The notes: generated from the letters alone by a model not told the origin. 64,000 bases of DNA from an uncultured cyanobacterium (GCA_963706595.1 OY970166.1:2624001-2688000), one strand, 5' to 3'. Shown: positions 20,634 through 31,380, numbered from the stretch's first letter. A program made the numbers and translations.

Positions 20634-23336
20634 TTATTGAGGATAATGCTGGAATAAAAATTCTTCAGCTTCTGTTCTATTTTTAATCACTTCGTCTAAA
20701 GTAGCAGCGAGTAAATCATCTAACATTTGGCGAAATTTCGGATTTGGTTTGTAGCCTAATTTTTTTAAATCATTGCCATTAATGATTGGCTGCACATTTG
20801 CTAAAACTGTTAAATAATGCCATATCTGCTTTCTGAGGATGCGCGCACTGGGCAAAGCGATTAAAATCAGCATGGGTAAATCATACTGTCGTAGTAACTG
20901 CACTATTTCACTAGGACGCTGACAAGTTGGTAATAATTCCCTCACCTGGGTTTGGGCTTTATCCAAATTTTCCAAGCGTTTTATTCCATCCTCTGGTAAA
21001 CGCAGATTCTTGGCTACTTTCTCCCGATACTGCGGTTCTAAGTGGGCAATTAACGCTTCTAGACGCATTTCCCAATGAATGAGGGTTTGTTCAGGGTCAA
21101 ATCTTCGTAAACAGCGTTCTAACATTCGCAATTGCTGCAAAAGTGACTCATCTAGTTTCAGGGTAGGATGAATACACTGCAACGCGCCTAATTTATTCAG
21201 TAGTTCTAACGCTGATTTCCAATAGGGGGCTTGAAGAATGTATTTTAATTCAGCTTTGAGTCGAGTTTGTAAGGCTGGGGTTTTAGTATTTGTTTGGGCA
21301 GTGCGATCGTAAACGCCACTATTGATAGCATAGTGGATAAAATCTTCGGTTTGCGATTCCATCTCAAAGCCAAAGCGGACAGCAAAGCGCACACCACGAT
21401 AAATGCGAGTCGGGTCTTCAATAAAACTATTGGGGTGTAAAACCCGAATTTGCTTGGCTTGTAAATCTATTAAACCACCGAAGAAATCCAGTAATTCCCC
21501 TGGACGAGGGGAGGTCAGGCGCAAGGCGAGGGCATTAATGCTAAAATCACGCCGATACAAATCTTGACGAATGGAACTGGCTTCAACTTCCGGGTTTGCG
21601 GCTGGGTAAGGATAAAATTCTGTCCTAGCTGTCGCAATATCCATCCATAAAGAGTCTAATTCGGGGTCTTTGTGCCATAATAAAGCCGCAGTTTGAAAAG
21701 CCCCATGAATTTCTAACCGCGCCCCTGGATAAATTTCTTGCAGTGCTTTTGCTAATTCTACCCCAGCACCCACATCTGCGGCTTGGTGAAAACCATCAAC
21801 TACAAGGTCGATATCTGTAATCATTAATGACCCTGCGGCTGATTCCGCTAACAGTAAATCTCGCACCGCACCACCTACCAAATAAAGATGCCAACCGCGT
21901 TTTTCGGCTGCTTGGGATGCTACGGTGAGTAATTGCCATAGTTGTGGCGCAAGGCGATTTTCTAACTCTGTATTAAAATTTATTTTGAATTTTGAATTTT
22001 GAATTTTGAATTTGTTTTCTTCATCGGCTTGATGTAATTGCCGTAAGACATCGGTGCGGGTGACAATTCCCGCTAATTGTCCATTTTCTAATACTGGTAA
22101 GCGTCCAATATCATAAGTTACCATCAGTGATTCAATTTGTGGCAAGATGGTATCTGGCGTAATTGTTTTGACTTTAGTTGTCATGTAGCCTTTGACTGGT
22201 GCATGACTAAACCCGTGGTGAAAGGCAATATCTATATCTCGTCTGGAAATAATTCCTACCAGTTTTCCTTGGGTATCAACTACAGATAAACCAGAGTGTC
22301 CATAGCGTAATAAAATGCTTTGGGCTTGGGAAATTGTGGTTTCGGGACGAATGGTGCGGACTGGGGAGGACATCAAGTCTCTGGCTGTGGGCGGATGAGG
22401 AATTGAGGTTTTGATGCCGTCTAGGAGTTGTTGTAATGTTTCTTGTGGATTTACTTGGCGTAAATTTAATGATGCGGCTTGAGAATGTCCACCACCACCG
22501 AATATTTGAAATAAAAGATTGAGATTGACACCGGGAATTTGGCAGCGACCGATGATTGTTAAACGCGATTCATTTTCTTTATGTTTATATTCGTTTGCTA
22601 GCAATAAAGCATCAATTTCGGTTAATTCTACCAGTTGCGAAGCTAAACTTGATAACCCTGGCACAAATTCATCTGTTCTTAGTGTCACGCAACCAATAGT
22701 ATATCCACGCAAAGAAAAATATTCTAAGTTTTCCAGGGCTTCAGTTAATAGCTGCTGTAATTGCGGCGATAAACCAGGGTCAAGATAAGTGGAAATTACC
22801 GATGAACTCACTCCTTGTGCCATTAACCAAGCTAAAGCTAAAGCATCTCTGGGTGTGGCACTGTCAAAGGTTAATGAGCCTGTATCTACGTGAATACCCA
22901 AAGCCATGACTGTGGCTTGAGAGAGAGTCAGGGGAATTTGCTGTTGTTGTAATTGTTCCACCATTAAGGTTGTGCAGGCTCCCACTGGTTCAATATGGGA
23001 TGCGGTGGCGGGAATATTTAGCTGTTGACTTATGTGGTGGTCATAAACTATGATCTCTTTTATGTTGGGTAAATCTAACCATTCAGCAGCTTTACCCAGG
23101 CGATCGCGCTGTTGTGTATCCACAACTCTCAAAGAACGAATGTTTTCCGGAATAACTGCACGTCTTTCCATGAGGGGATATTCATCCCGGTGTAGTGCTA
23201 AAAAATCTCTGACAGGCGGATGTGCGCCACCGCTCAGGACAATCTTACTACCTGGCAATAGGCAAGTCAGCCCAACTGCGGCTCCTAACGCGTCAAAATC
23301 GGCGGTTGTGTGACAAAGAATTAAGTCCGTATTCAT
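20634..23336 (-). CDS. cca: tRNA nucleotidyltransferase (A-adding type: DHH-DHHA1-2xCBS-PolyA_pol)
   Basis: DFDALG, YDHH, GGGGH, CBS pair, [20 protein letters not shown] and EDPTRI motifs. Confidence 0.88.
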   Translation of the reverse strand: MNTDLILCHTTADFDALGAAVGLTCLLPGSKIVLSGGAHPPVRDFLALHRDEYPLMERRAVIPENIRSLRVVDTQQRDRLGKAAEWLDLPNIKEIIVYDHHISQQLNIPATASHIEPVGACTTLMVEQLQQQQIPLTLSQATVMALGIHVDTGSLTFDSATPRDALALAWLMAQGVSSSVISTYLDPGLSPQLQQLLTEALENLEYFSLRGYTIGCVTLRTDEFVPGLSSLASQLVELTEIDALLLANEYKHKENESRLTIIGRCQIPGVNLNLLFQIFGGGGHSQAASLNLRQVNPQETLQQLLDGIKTSIPHPPTARDLMSSPVRTIRPETTISQAQSILLRYGHSGLSVVDTQGKLVGIISRRDIDIAFHHGFSHAPVKGYMTTKVKTITPDTILPQIESLMVTYDIGRLPVLENGQLAGIVTRTDVLRQLHQADEENKFKIQNSKFKINFNTELENRLAPQLWQLLTVASQAAEKRGWHLYLVGGAVRDLLLAESAAGSLMITDIDLVVDGFHQAADVGAGVELAKALQEIYPGARLEIHGAFQTAALLWHKDPELDSLWMDIATARTEFYPYPAANPEVEASSIRQDLYRRDFSINALALRLTSPRPGELLDFFGGLIDLQAKQIRVLHPNSFIEDPTRIYRGVRFAVRFGFEMESQTEDFIHYAINSGVYDRTAQTNTKTPALQTRLKAELKYILQAPYWKSALELLNKLGALQCIHPTLKLDESLLQQLRMLERCLRRFDPEQTLIHWEMRLEALIAHLEPQYREKVAKNLRLPEDGIKRLENLDKAQTQVRELLPTCQRPSEIVQLLRQYDLPMLILIALPSARILRKQIWHYLTVLANVQPIINGNDLKKLGYKPNPKFRQMLDDLLAATLDEVIKNRTEAEEFLFQHYPQ
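21982..22014. repeat. STRR (ATTTTGA)n inside the coding sequence
   Basis: Four-plus heptamers encoding [10 protein letters not shown] in the CBS-nucleotidyltransferase linker. Confidence 0.85.
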
Positions 23337-23370
23337 TAGTCATCAGTCCTGTTTTGGAAATCCTAGTTCC

Positions 23371-23428
23371 TAGTCAGCGATTCATCGCTCAGAGCCTGGA
23401 TGAGCAGGACTAAAGTCCTGACTACAAA
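23371..23428. repeat. REP-like double hairpin
   Basis: tagtcagcgattcatcgct...caggactaaagtcctgactacaa. Confidence 0.55.
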
Positions 23429-23559
23429 CTAGATTTAGTTACTTAACAATGACTATAGTGACGCAAATTCTGCTAGCTTAACAAATAAGGCAAAACTGTT
23501 CGTGTCGCCCTTTACGATATTCTAGGTTTAGTATTTGCGCTAGTTTGAGAGAAGGAAAA

Positions 23560-23748
23560 ATGACCATAATATTTCAATTCGCTTTGATATCTTTAGTTCT
23601 CACATCTTTTGTTTTGGTAGTTGGCGTTCCTGTGGCCTATGCTACCCCACAAAATTGGGTGGAATCGAAAAAACTCCTTTGGCTTGGTTCTGGAGTTTGG
23701 ATTGCTTTGGTGCTTTTAGTCGGTGTATTAAACTTTTTTGTAGTTTAA
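23560..23748 (+). CDS. psbZ: Photosystem II protein PsbZ
   Basis: 62 aa, [31 protein letters not shown]; two TM helices. Confidence 0.95.
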   Translation: MTIIFQFALISLVLTSFVLVVGVPVAYATPQNWVESKKLLWLGSGVWIALVLLVGVLNFFVV

Positions 23749-23926
23749 GCGATCGCTGATATCTATTTGCCAAAAATAGCATAGCAACTACAGGAGCAGA
23801 AGAGCCAAGAACAAGATTTTGATTTTTCGATTTTCTGGTTCTATTTACCTAATTGTACTCTTCTGCTCCTCAGCATTTAAACAAGAAATGTATATTGGTC
23901 AGAGTATAGTTGATTAAGAGGCAGTC

Positions 23927-24505
23927 ATGGCAGTTTTTGAGGGAACTTTTGCTCAAACGGAACCGTTGCATTTAGCAGTGGTTGTGGGTCGATTCAACGA
24001 CCTCATTACCGGGAAGCTGCTACAGGGTTGTCAAGATTGCTTGAAACGCCACGGTGTAGACCCAGATCCCCACGGTAGCCAAGTGGACTATGTTTGGGTT
24101 CCTGGAAGTTTTGAAGTGCCTCTGGTCGCCCGTCAACTGGCACTTTCCCATCGTTATGATGCGGTAATTTGTTTGGGTGCAGTGATTCGGGGACAAACGC
24201 CTCATTTTGATTATGTCTCGGCTGAAGTGTCTAAGGGTATCGCCGCCGCTAGCTTTCAAACTGGTGTGCCGGTAATTTTTGGCATTTTGACCGTGGATAC
24301 TATGCAGCAAGCCTTAGAACGAGCTGGGATTAAAGGTAATCATGGCTGGGACTATGCCATGAATGCCCTAGAAATGGCTAGTCTGATGCGGCAATTGCGC
24401 TCTAATCTCACAGAGTCATATCCCCGAAATGGTCAGTCTTTACCAGCATCTTTTTCTGAAAAGAACATCGGTAATTTAGCCGCAGAGTCAGAAGAAGTCG
24501 GCTGA
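23927..24505 (+). CDS. ribH: 6,7-dimethyl-8-ribityllumazine synthase
   Basis: [30 protein letters not shown] and QALERAG motifs. Confidence 0.95.
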   Translation: MAVFEGTFAQTEPLHLAVVVGRFNDLITGKLLQGCQDCLKRHGVDPDPHGSQVDYVWVPGSFEVPLVARQLALSHRYDAVICLGAVIRGQTPHFDYVSAEVSKGIAAASFQTGVPVIFGILTVDTMQQALERAGIKGNHGWDYAMNALEMASLMRQLRSNLTESYPRNGQSLPASFSEKNIGNLAAESEEVG

Positions 24506-24552
24506 GTCTGGTGCAAGATGTGCTGAGGAATGGGGATTTAATCAAATGCACC

Positions 24553-24597
24553 AACCTCACCCCCAACCCCTCTTCTTACCAAGTAGAGGGGAGAAAT
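24553..24597 (+). repeat. Dispersed C-rich hairpin repeat
   Basis: aacctcacccccaacccctcttcttaccaagtagaggggagaaat; near-identical copy at 35744-35788. Confidence 0.8.
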
Positions 24598-24628
24598 CAA
24601 AAAAAACTCATAGATTTAAATTTAGGGG

Positions 24629-24657
24629 TTGACAAATCAAAATATATCTGAGATTAT
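24629..24657 (+). promoter_or_regulatory. Sigma70-type promoter of tRNA-Gly
   Basis: TTGACA at 24629-24634, 17-bp spacer, GATTAT. Confidence 0.5.
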
Positions 24658-24675
24658 AGAGTTTACATGGGAACT

Positions 24676-24747
24676 GCGGGTATAGCTCAGTGGTAGAGCG
24701 TCACCTTGCCAAGGTGAATGTCGCGCGTTCGAATCGCGTTACCCGCT
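24676..24747 (+). tRNA. trnG: tRNA-Gly (GCC); CCA not encoded
   Basis: Acceptor stem GCGGGTA/TACCCGC, D-arm AGCTCAGTGGTAGAGC, anticodon arm CACCTTGCCAAGGTG, T-loop GTTCGAATC. Confidence 0.97.
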
Positions 24748-25003
24748 TTTAAAAATTTTTATGTCTAGGTTAGCATATCTCTTGAGAGTGTTTAACCGGA
24801 CTACAATTTTTTGGGGTGTAGCCAACCTGCTTTATGTGGGTGTACTAGACTGGATTAAGTCTGGCTAGTTAAACGGCAGTATGATCAGTTAAAGCACGAT
24901 TTAGCCTCTCTTGGCTATTGGCCGTGGGAAACCAAACCCCAAGTTATTGTGGAACGGTATTCTCGCAGAAAATGAAAAACACGCTCAAGTTCTTAGAACG
25001 CTT

Positions 25004-25411
25004 GTGCCATCTCAAAAACCCGAAAAAATTGATTTTAACACGGAATATCCCTGTCCCTGCCGTCGCAAAGGACAATTAATTCCGATTACACTAACTGAAG
25101 CATTTGGTTGCGATCGCTGTCAACAAATCTTTGTCATAGAAGATAATGGTCGTGTCCTAGAACAGCTTTCAACCACCTATCCCTACAAACGAGCTTGGCA
25201 TTGGACGGGAAAAAGTTGGCGGATTGTGCCGACGCGGTTGGGAGAAAGTTATCTACCTATAGCGCTAGGCATTATATTCGTGCTAGTGATTATATGGTTA
25301 CCATTAGCACTGCGATTGGCAAATGGTTCTAGCATTATTGCCTGGGCGATAGTGGCGGTGCTGTTGGCTATTCTGCCAGCACTGATGGTCTGGCTTACTT
25401 ACAGAAGTTAA
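25004..25411 (+). CDS. Hypothetical Zn-ribbon membrane protein
   Basis: CPC...CDRC Cys cluster followed by two TM helices; GTG 25004 is the likely start. Confidence 0.75.
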   Translation: MPSQKPEKIDFNTEYPCPCRRKGQLIPITLTEAFGCDRCQQIFVIEDNGRVLEQLSTTYPYKRAWHWTGKSWRIVPTRLGESYLPIALGIIFVLVIIWLPLALRLANGSSIIAWAIVAVLLAILPALMVWLTYRS

Positions 25412-25415
25412 TTCA

Positions 25416-26681
25416 ATGACCGTTGAAGTTTTGGATGATTTCCCCGAACCAATTACTAGCGCTAAACGTGCTTATCAAGCGTCCCTCAAGTTGGGGTTTA
25501 CCAAGGGAGTAGACCGCAGTCGCGCTGTGTTAGCAATGGCACAGGCGCTGTCAAATTCTTTTGATGACATTTTGGAAGCTAACACTTTGGATTTAGAAGC
25601 CAGCAAAGAAATGGCTGTGCCAGAGTTAATTTTAGACTGGTTGAAGCTGACTCCCACTAGGCTAGAAGCAGCAGTAGAAGTTCTTCAGAGGTTGGGGGAA
25701 ATCTCTGACCCTTTACGGCGAGTCAGGAACGCGGACTATCAATTGGAAGATTCCCAGAGTTACACTCAGTTAATGCCTTTGGGAGTAATTGCCTTTGTTT
25801 ATGAGGCTTTTCCTGATTTAGGTGCGATCGCAGCTGGTTTATGTATTAAGACTGGTAATAGTATCATACTCAAGGGTAGTACAGAAGCGAGTCATTCTAA
25901 CGAAGCGATCGCAAATGTCCTGCAAAACGCCATTGAGGAAGTTGGTTTACCTCCAGGCTGTGTAGAACTGATTAAAGCCGAACACGGTGCTTCCATTCGG
26001 GATTTAGTCACCCAAGACAAATATGTGAATTTAATACTGCCTTATGGACGTTCTAGCTTAGTCCAGCAGGTAATGCGCCAATCAACTTGCCCCGTGTTAA
26101 AATCAGCAATGGGTAACTGTTACCTTTACTGGTCACTCAATAGCAGCTTAGACATGATTCGCTGGATGATTATGGATAGCCATGAGAGCGAACCAGACCA
26201 AGTAAACGCCATTGAAAAAGTATTAATTCACCGTCAAGCCTTACCATCATCTTTGGCAGCTTTGTGGAACAGCTTAACAGAAAAAGGCTTTGAAATTAAA
26301 GGAGACGAAGAGCTAGTAGAAGCTTTTGGGCATTTGCAGCTAGTGAAGCCAGAAGAATGGGGAAATTCTTATTTAACCAAGACAGTAGCATTTAAACTGG
26401 TAGATAGTTTAGAAGATGCGATCGCTTGGATTAATCAATACAGTAGCGGTCATGCTGACTGCATAGTTACCGAATCCTATCAAGAAAGTCGCCAGTTTGC
26501 TTTAGGAGTGAACAGCGCCTCGACCTACATCAACACTTCCCCCCGGTTTTCTCGCAACCCTTCCAGGGGAGATTCAGTATTTCTCGGTATGTCTAACCAA
26601 AAAGGACACCGGAGAGGATTTATTAGTTTGGAAACCTTAACGACTGCGAAGCACATTGTCCAAGGAAATGGACGGTTTTAG
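25416..26681 (+). CDS. proA: Gamma-glutamyl phosphate reductase-like protein (ProA paralogue)
   Basis: PLGVIAFVYE, KTGNSIILKGS, GNCYLY, SSGHADCIVT and GMSNQK motifs; the CNA motif reads VNA. Confidence 0.8.
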   Translation: MTVEVLDDFPEPITSAKRAYQASLKLGFTKGVDRSRAVLAMAQALSNSFDDILEANTLDLEASKEMAVPELILDWLKLTPTRLEAAVEVLQRLGEISDPLRRVRNADYQLEDSQSYTQLMPLGVIAFVYEAFPDLGAIAAGLCIKTGNSIILKGSTEASHSNEAIANVLQNAIEEVGLPPGCVELIKAEHGASIRDLVTQDKYVNLILPYGRSSLVQQVMRQSTCPVLKSAMGNCYLYWSLNSSLDMIRWMIMDSHESEPDQVNAIEKVLIHRQALPSSLAALWNSLTEKGFEIKGDEELVEAFGHLQLVKPEEWGNSYLTKTVAFKLVDSLEDAIAWINQYSSGHADCIVTESYQESRQFALGVNSASTYINTSPRFSRNPSRGDSVFLGMSNQKGHRRGFISLETLTTAKHIVQGNGRF

Positions 26682-26894
26682 AAGTTATGAGAGAAGTAAA
26701 AGGGTTGTATATTTAAAATAATTATTATAAATATACTCCACTAACTTCTGATAGTCAGCAAAACTTCATTAACCCAGAATTTAAATTCTATGTCAAATCG
26801 ACTAAAGCTTTCAATGTCACCTCTGGAAATGATGCATTTATTTTTATATGACCTGAAAATTCCGGAACGTCCTCGTAATTCCTAGTTAATTGAA

Positions 26895-27449
26895 TCATTC
26901 AAATACAGGTGGCCATAATTCAGAAACAGCAACTTCCCAAGCAGGAAATAACTCATTAATAGATAACTTATCTTCACCTGTTAAAACTTCAACATCACCA
27001 TTAGGACGATATACACTCACAGATAATTCATCAGGATTAATTAATATTCCTACTCTTGCACCTAACTCTAAAAATAACTTAACTTTATCTTCTAACTTAG
27101 AAACTCTATCGGTTTTCGATTTTATTTCTACAACCAAATCAGGTACTAACTGACCAAAATCTCTCACCGTGCGTTTTAGTCTTGACGCAGCTACAAAAGA
27201 AACATCAGGAGCGCGTAAATCAGTATTTGGCATAATAAACCCACCACTTGAGTCAAATATCCGCCCAAGTTTACGAGGTTTTATCCAATTACCTAATAAC
27301 CTGATTAATTCAGCCCCGATTTCACTAGATTCAATATCTGATGGACCCATAACTAGAATGTTTCCTTCTTGCAGTTCTATTTGGTAGTCCTGCTCATCCT
27401 CTTGTAGCTTTTGTTGTAGTCTGTCTACATCTTCAATAGTGAAAGTCAT
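26895..27449 (-). CDS. Uma2 family endonuclease
   Basis: DSSGGF, RAPDVSFV and PDLVVEIKS motifs. Confidence 0.88.
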   Translation of the reverse strand: MTFTIEDVDRLQQKLQEDEQDYQIELQEGNILVMGPSDIESSEIGAELIRLLGNWIKPRKLGRIFDSSGGFIMPNTDLRAPDVSFVAASRLKRTVRDFGQLVPDLVVEIKSKTDRVSKLEDKVKLFLELGARVGILINPDELSVSVYRPNGDVEVLTGEDKLSINELFPAWEVAVSELWPPVFE

Positions 27450-27505
27450 AGAACTTCTCAGATATAGTTCATCATACAGTCATCTTATCACTCTTCCTTT
27501 GTATG

Positions 27506-27539
27506 TAGTTGCGCTTTAGCGCTAAAACGCAACTACAAA
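27506..27539. repeat. REP-like perfect hairpin; possible desD terminator
   Basis: tgtagttgcg-ctttagcgctaaaa-cgcaactaca. Confidence 0.6.
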
Positions 27540-27563
27540 CTATGATGATTTATTCATGCGGAC

Positions 27564-28655
27564 TTACTCTGGAGTTGCTGCGCTTCCCATGAGTTTTAGC
27601 CAGCGATAATTAGAAGCTAATGCTTCAGTAAAAGTTTCACAAACATTGTATTTCACGTCAAAATCTTCGCAGACATCAGCTAATATTTTAGCTATTTGAG
27701 GATAATGAACGTGGCAAATATTAGGGAATAAATGATGCACAACTTGATAATTAAGACCACCTAGATACCAATTTAAAAACTGATTTTTGGGAGCAAAATC
27801 TACAGTGGTTTTGATTTGAAAAATTGCCCATTCATCATTAATTTGCTGCAAATCTGAATTGGGTTCAATAAACTCGGCTGCTTCCAAAACATGAGCCAGC
27901 ATGAAAATCACACAAATCATTAAGCCATAGGTCATGTAAGTAATCACAAATCCCAAAACAGCCTGAATAGGTGAATATCCGACAGCAATTGGTATTCCCA
28001 AGAAAAGTCCCAGCCACATCAACTTTCCACTGTAGAAAACCAACAGGTCTAGTGGTTTAAGTGTGGGAATATCATAGGTATGATATTTCCGCTTAATCGT
28101 CACTAAATAAACATCAGCAAAAGACCAATACAAGGGAATGATGGGATATATAAACCAAATGAATAGGTGTTGAAATGAATGATACCATTTATGTTCCATA
28201 TAAGGAGTCATCCGCACTAATCCATCACCATGTATTTCGACATCATGTCCTAATATATTGGTGTATTTGTGGTGCAAGAAATTATGTCTAAATTTCCACA
28301 AAAAACTAGATAAACCAATGATATCAAAGGTGTAACCAAAGATATTATTGACTATTTTGTGACGAGAATAACCACCATGATTTGCATCATGTCCCACACT
28401 AAAACCAATACCAGCAATACCAAATCCTAAAGCAATACAGCCAATTACTTTTAGCCATATTTCAGGCGGACCGAAGAGCGTAAAAGTCCAAGTAGCGATG
28501 ACCCATGACAAAATCATTGTTGTCTTAATGTACATCGCGGGATTATCTCTAGTAGAAATATCCTGCGACTCAAAATAAGCATCAACTCGCTTATTTAATT
28601 CCTTTCTAAAACCGTAGTTTTTAGTAAAAGTTACTTTTGGTTGTGTTTGTGTCAT
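27564..28655 (-). CDS. desD: Delta-6 acyl-lipid desaturase; alternative in-frame start at 28709
   Basis: HDANH, HNFLHH and QVVHHLFP boxes; GFRKELNKRVDAYF and TNILGHDVEIHGDG segments characteristic of cyanobacterial DesD. Confidence 0.85.
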   Translation of the reverse strand: MTQTQPKVTFTKNYGFRKELNKRVDAYFESQDISTRDNPAMYIKTTMILSWVIATWTFTLFGPPEIWLKVIGCIALGFGIAGIGFSVGHDANHGGYSRHKIVNNIFGYTFDIIGLSSFLWKFRHNFLHHKYTNILGHDVEIHGDGLVRMTPYMEHKWYHSFQHLFIWFIYPIIPLYWSFADVYLVTIKRKYHTYDIPTLKPLDLLVFYSGKLMWLGLFLGIPIAVGYSPIQAVLGFVITYMTYGLMICVIFMLAHVLEAAEFIEPNSDLQQINDEWAIFQIKTTVDFAPKNQFLNWYLGGLNYQVVHHLFPNICHVHYPQIAKILADVCEDFDVKYNVCETFTEALASNYRWLKLMGSAATPE

Positions 28656-28901
28656 GTATTTGATTGCACTGGATTCATTTGTGGGATAAAAATCGGGCTT
28701 TTGTCGCATATCTCTAGAGATAAACTCTATTACTAAAAATCTCAGTAAATAAAAAACTACCAGAATTAATCTTTACAGAAGAATAGACATTAATCAACAC
28801 CTAAACTATTCAATTAAGAAACTTTTCTTAATTCTCCTTACTCACTCTTCTGTGCGCCTGGTGCGACTCTGCTTGTTAGCGTCAGCGAGGCGTAGCCCGA
28901 T

Positions 28902-28926
28902 AAAAAAAGTCCGCGCCTGCGGACTT
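28902..28926 (-). terminator. Intrinsic terminator after desB
   Basis: AAGTCCGC-4 nt-GCGGACTT stem followed by a T-run on the minus strand. Confidence 0.7.
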
Positions 28927-28954
28927 CCTGTATATAGCGAAGAATCATCCTCGC

Positions 28955-30025
28955 CTACTTCTGGTGATTAGATGTATAGTAAACTTTACTACCTGTATCC
29001 GGGACAAAATGACAGCTAATAGCTGAACGCCATACCGATTTCCAAATAGGTTCCTCAGACTTGCGGAAATATTCACCCATAATCGGTTTAATCGCCTCAG
29101 TCGCCTTCAGCAAATTGTAGTGAGGCATATTCAGGAAGATATGGTGAGCAACATGAGTACCGATATCATGATGGATATGATTGATAAAACCGTAGTCCCG
29201 ATCAATACTAGAAATTGCACCTTTGAGGAAAGTCCAATCTTCTCCACGATACCAAGGAATATCTTGCTCTGTATGATGTAAAAATGTCACCAAATCTAAC
29301 CAAATCACAAACACAATGTAAGGCATAGCGTAGTATTTTAGTAACCACATCCAACCCCACTGAAAGGTAAAGAAGCCTAGTAAAGCTACCATACCAATCC
29401 AAAGTGCAGTACTAGTCAAGACATCCCATTTTTCGGAAGGCTTAAAAAGTGGGCTACTAGGTGAAAAGTGGGAACCTTTCTTCCCCGGAGAACGCTGAAA
29501 TAAATACACCGGATAAGCCAAAAGAAAGACATAATATCGTCCTATCTTTTGCACCAAGTCCATTTCCTTATACTGCGATTCTGACACAGGATACCAACTT
29601 TCATCATTATCGAGATGTCCAGTATTTTTGTGATGGGTTCTGTGGCTAATTCTCCACCCGTGATAAGGAACCAATATCGGCGTGTGAGATAAATGTCCAA
29701 TCAAATCATTCAGCCATTTGTGCTTAGAAAAAGATTGGTGTCCGCAGTCATGTCCAACGACAAATAAAGCCCAAAACATTGTTCCTTGCATGACCCAGAA
29801 AACCGGCCAAAAATACCAAGAATCTAGGTAATTAGCCACTGCATAAAGCAGTCCAATAATCAAGATGTCACGGAAGAAATAAAATAGGGATTTTGTCACA
29901 CTTGGCTGAAAGCATTCAGCAGGTATTGCTGCTTTCAAATCCTGAAGAGTAAAGGGAAGTTTACTTATTTCTTCAGACGGTTCACAGTCATCAGGATTAT
30001 TAAAAGCGATGGTATTTGATTGCAC
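28955..30025 (-). CDS. desB: Omega-3 (delta-15) acyl-lipid desaturase
   Basis: [37 protein letters not shown] motifs. Confidence 0.92.
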   Translation of the reverse strand: MQSNTIAFNNPDDCEPSEEISKLPFTLQDLKAAIPAECFQPSVTKSLFYFFRDILIIGLLYAVANYLDSWYFWPVFWVMQGTMFWALFVVGHDCGHQSFSKHKWLNDLIGHLSHTPILVPYHGWRISHRTHHKNTGHLDNDESWYPVSESQYKEMDLVQKIGRYYVFLLAYPVYLFQRSPGKKGSHFSPSSPLFKPSEKWDVLTSTALWIGMVALLGFFTFQWGWMWLLKYYAMPYIVFVIWLDLVTFLHHTEQDIPWYRGEDWTFLKGAISSIDRDYGFINHIHHDIGTHVAHHIFLNMPHYNLLKATEAIKPIMGEYFRKSEEPIWKSVWRSAISCHFVPDTGSKVYYTSNHQK

Positions 30026-30235
30026 TTGATTCTTTGGTGGGATATAAATCGGATTTTTTTGACATATCTCTAGTATTAGCCTTGACTAATACTCAAGCAG
30101 ATAATCTCTGGTAATTCACCTCAGAATTTAAGTAGATCAAGAATTACCAGAATCTATTTAATTTACAGGATACTAAATACTATTGCAACAACAAGGCTGC
30201 AATTTGCTTGATAGGTAAACTACTGGCAATACTAT

Positions 30236-31288
30236 TTATTTTCCTGCGTAATATTCGTCGAAAGTCTCATAGCCAATATCAGTTTTGTATAGTTGACATT
30301 GGTCTGTGATTTGCTTCATTAAAGACCAAGAGAACTCACATTCATCATGGAGATAAGGCTGCCAATTTTCTTTGATGCTGCTGTAAGCTAGCCGCAAATT
30401 ATAGGAAGGAATGGCAGTTGAAATATGATGAGGAACGTGGACATTGATATCGTGGCAGAAAATTTCAACCCAACGAGGATAATCACAATGAATAGTACCA
30501 GATAATTGTGCTAAAGCCTCGTTCCACTTGCTTGCTGTGTTAAAAGGAACATCTGATGCAGTGTGGTGAACGATGGTGAAGGTACTCATCCAAAAATGGT
30601 ATACCATCCAGGGTAAGAGCCAAAACTTGACAAATCCCCAAATACCTGTTGTGGCAATTAGGATCGGGAATGCGATCGCAGCAAATATAACTACTACAGC
30701 TACAGAAAGCTTAACACTGGATTGGTCTTTAGGTTTGAAGTTCCGCGCATCAAAATGCACCAACGCCCAATGTCCAATGGAACCTACCCACCACAGACGC
30801 TTACGCATGAAGCCTTCAAAGGCAAACTGCCTCAAGGGTGTCCAATTGGCAAATACGTGTGTTCTAATGGGATGCCAAGCATTATCCTCATCCAATTTGT
30901 TGGTATGAGCGTGGTGATAATTATGCTTAATCCGCCAACTGTGGAAGGGATAAATTAAGGGAGCCATAAATATGTGTCCCACTAAATCATTTACCCAACG
31001 ACGTTTGGCAAAAGACCTGTGACCACAATCATGGCCAACTACGAAAAAACCTGTTAAAGCAGTGCCTGTAAAAATCCAAGCTACAGGTAAGAGAAACCAC
31101 GGACTGATAGCTAGAAAACAGTAGCCCAAGCCGACCATCAAGACACTGAGTAGTGCTTGTGTCCAAGCTTTGCGACTGTTTTTTTCAAAACATTCTCGTG
31201 GCAAAGTCTTGATAATATCTTTGAGCTTGAAGTTGGGTTCGCCAAGGTCTTCACCTAGTTTCTGGCTGTTGATTATTGATGTAGTCAT
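30236..31288 (-). CDS. desA: Delta-12 acyl-lipid desaturase
   Basis: [36 protein letters not shown] motifs. Confidence 0.92.
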   Translation of the reverse strand: MTTSIINSQKLGEDLGEPNFKLKDIIKTLPRECFEKNSRKAWTQALLSVLMVGLGYCFLAISPWFLLPVAWIFTGTALTGFFVVGHDCGHRSFAKRRWVNDLVGHIFMAPLIYPFHSWRIKHNYHHAHTNKLDEDNAWHPIRTHVFANWTPLRQFAFEGFMRKRLWWVGSIGHWALVHFDARNFKPKDQSSVKLSVAVVVIFAAIAFPILIATTGIWGFVKFWLLPWMVYHFWMSTFTIVHHTASDVPFNTASKWNEALAQLSGTIHCDYPRWVEIFCHDINVHVPHHISTAIPSYNLRLAYSSIKENWQPYLHDECEFSWSLMKQITDQCQLYKTDIGYETFDEYYAGK

Positions 31289-31371
31289 GAACACCTGGAA
31301 AACATTATGCTGTACTGCCTAGTCACCAAAAAAGTGGCTAGGCGCAAAGTTTCTTAACATTAGCGTCTCAG

Positions 31372-31380
31372 ATTATAACA
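31372..31380 (-). promoter_or_regulatory. Extended -10 promoter for desA
   Basis: Minus strand TGT-TATAAT about 85 nt upstream of the ATG. Confidence 0.5.

Noticed and set aside
23749..23926. FMN riboswitch ahead of ribH
   Set aside because: No RFN consensus motifs; only a repeat-derived inverted repeat
24676..26900. Genomic island integrated at tRNA-Gly
   Set aside because: No integrase and no duplicated tRNA 3' end seen; neighbours look like core genes
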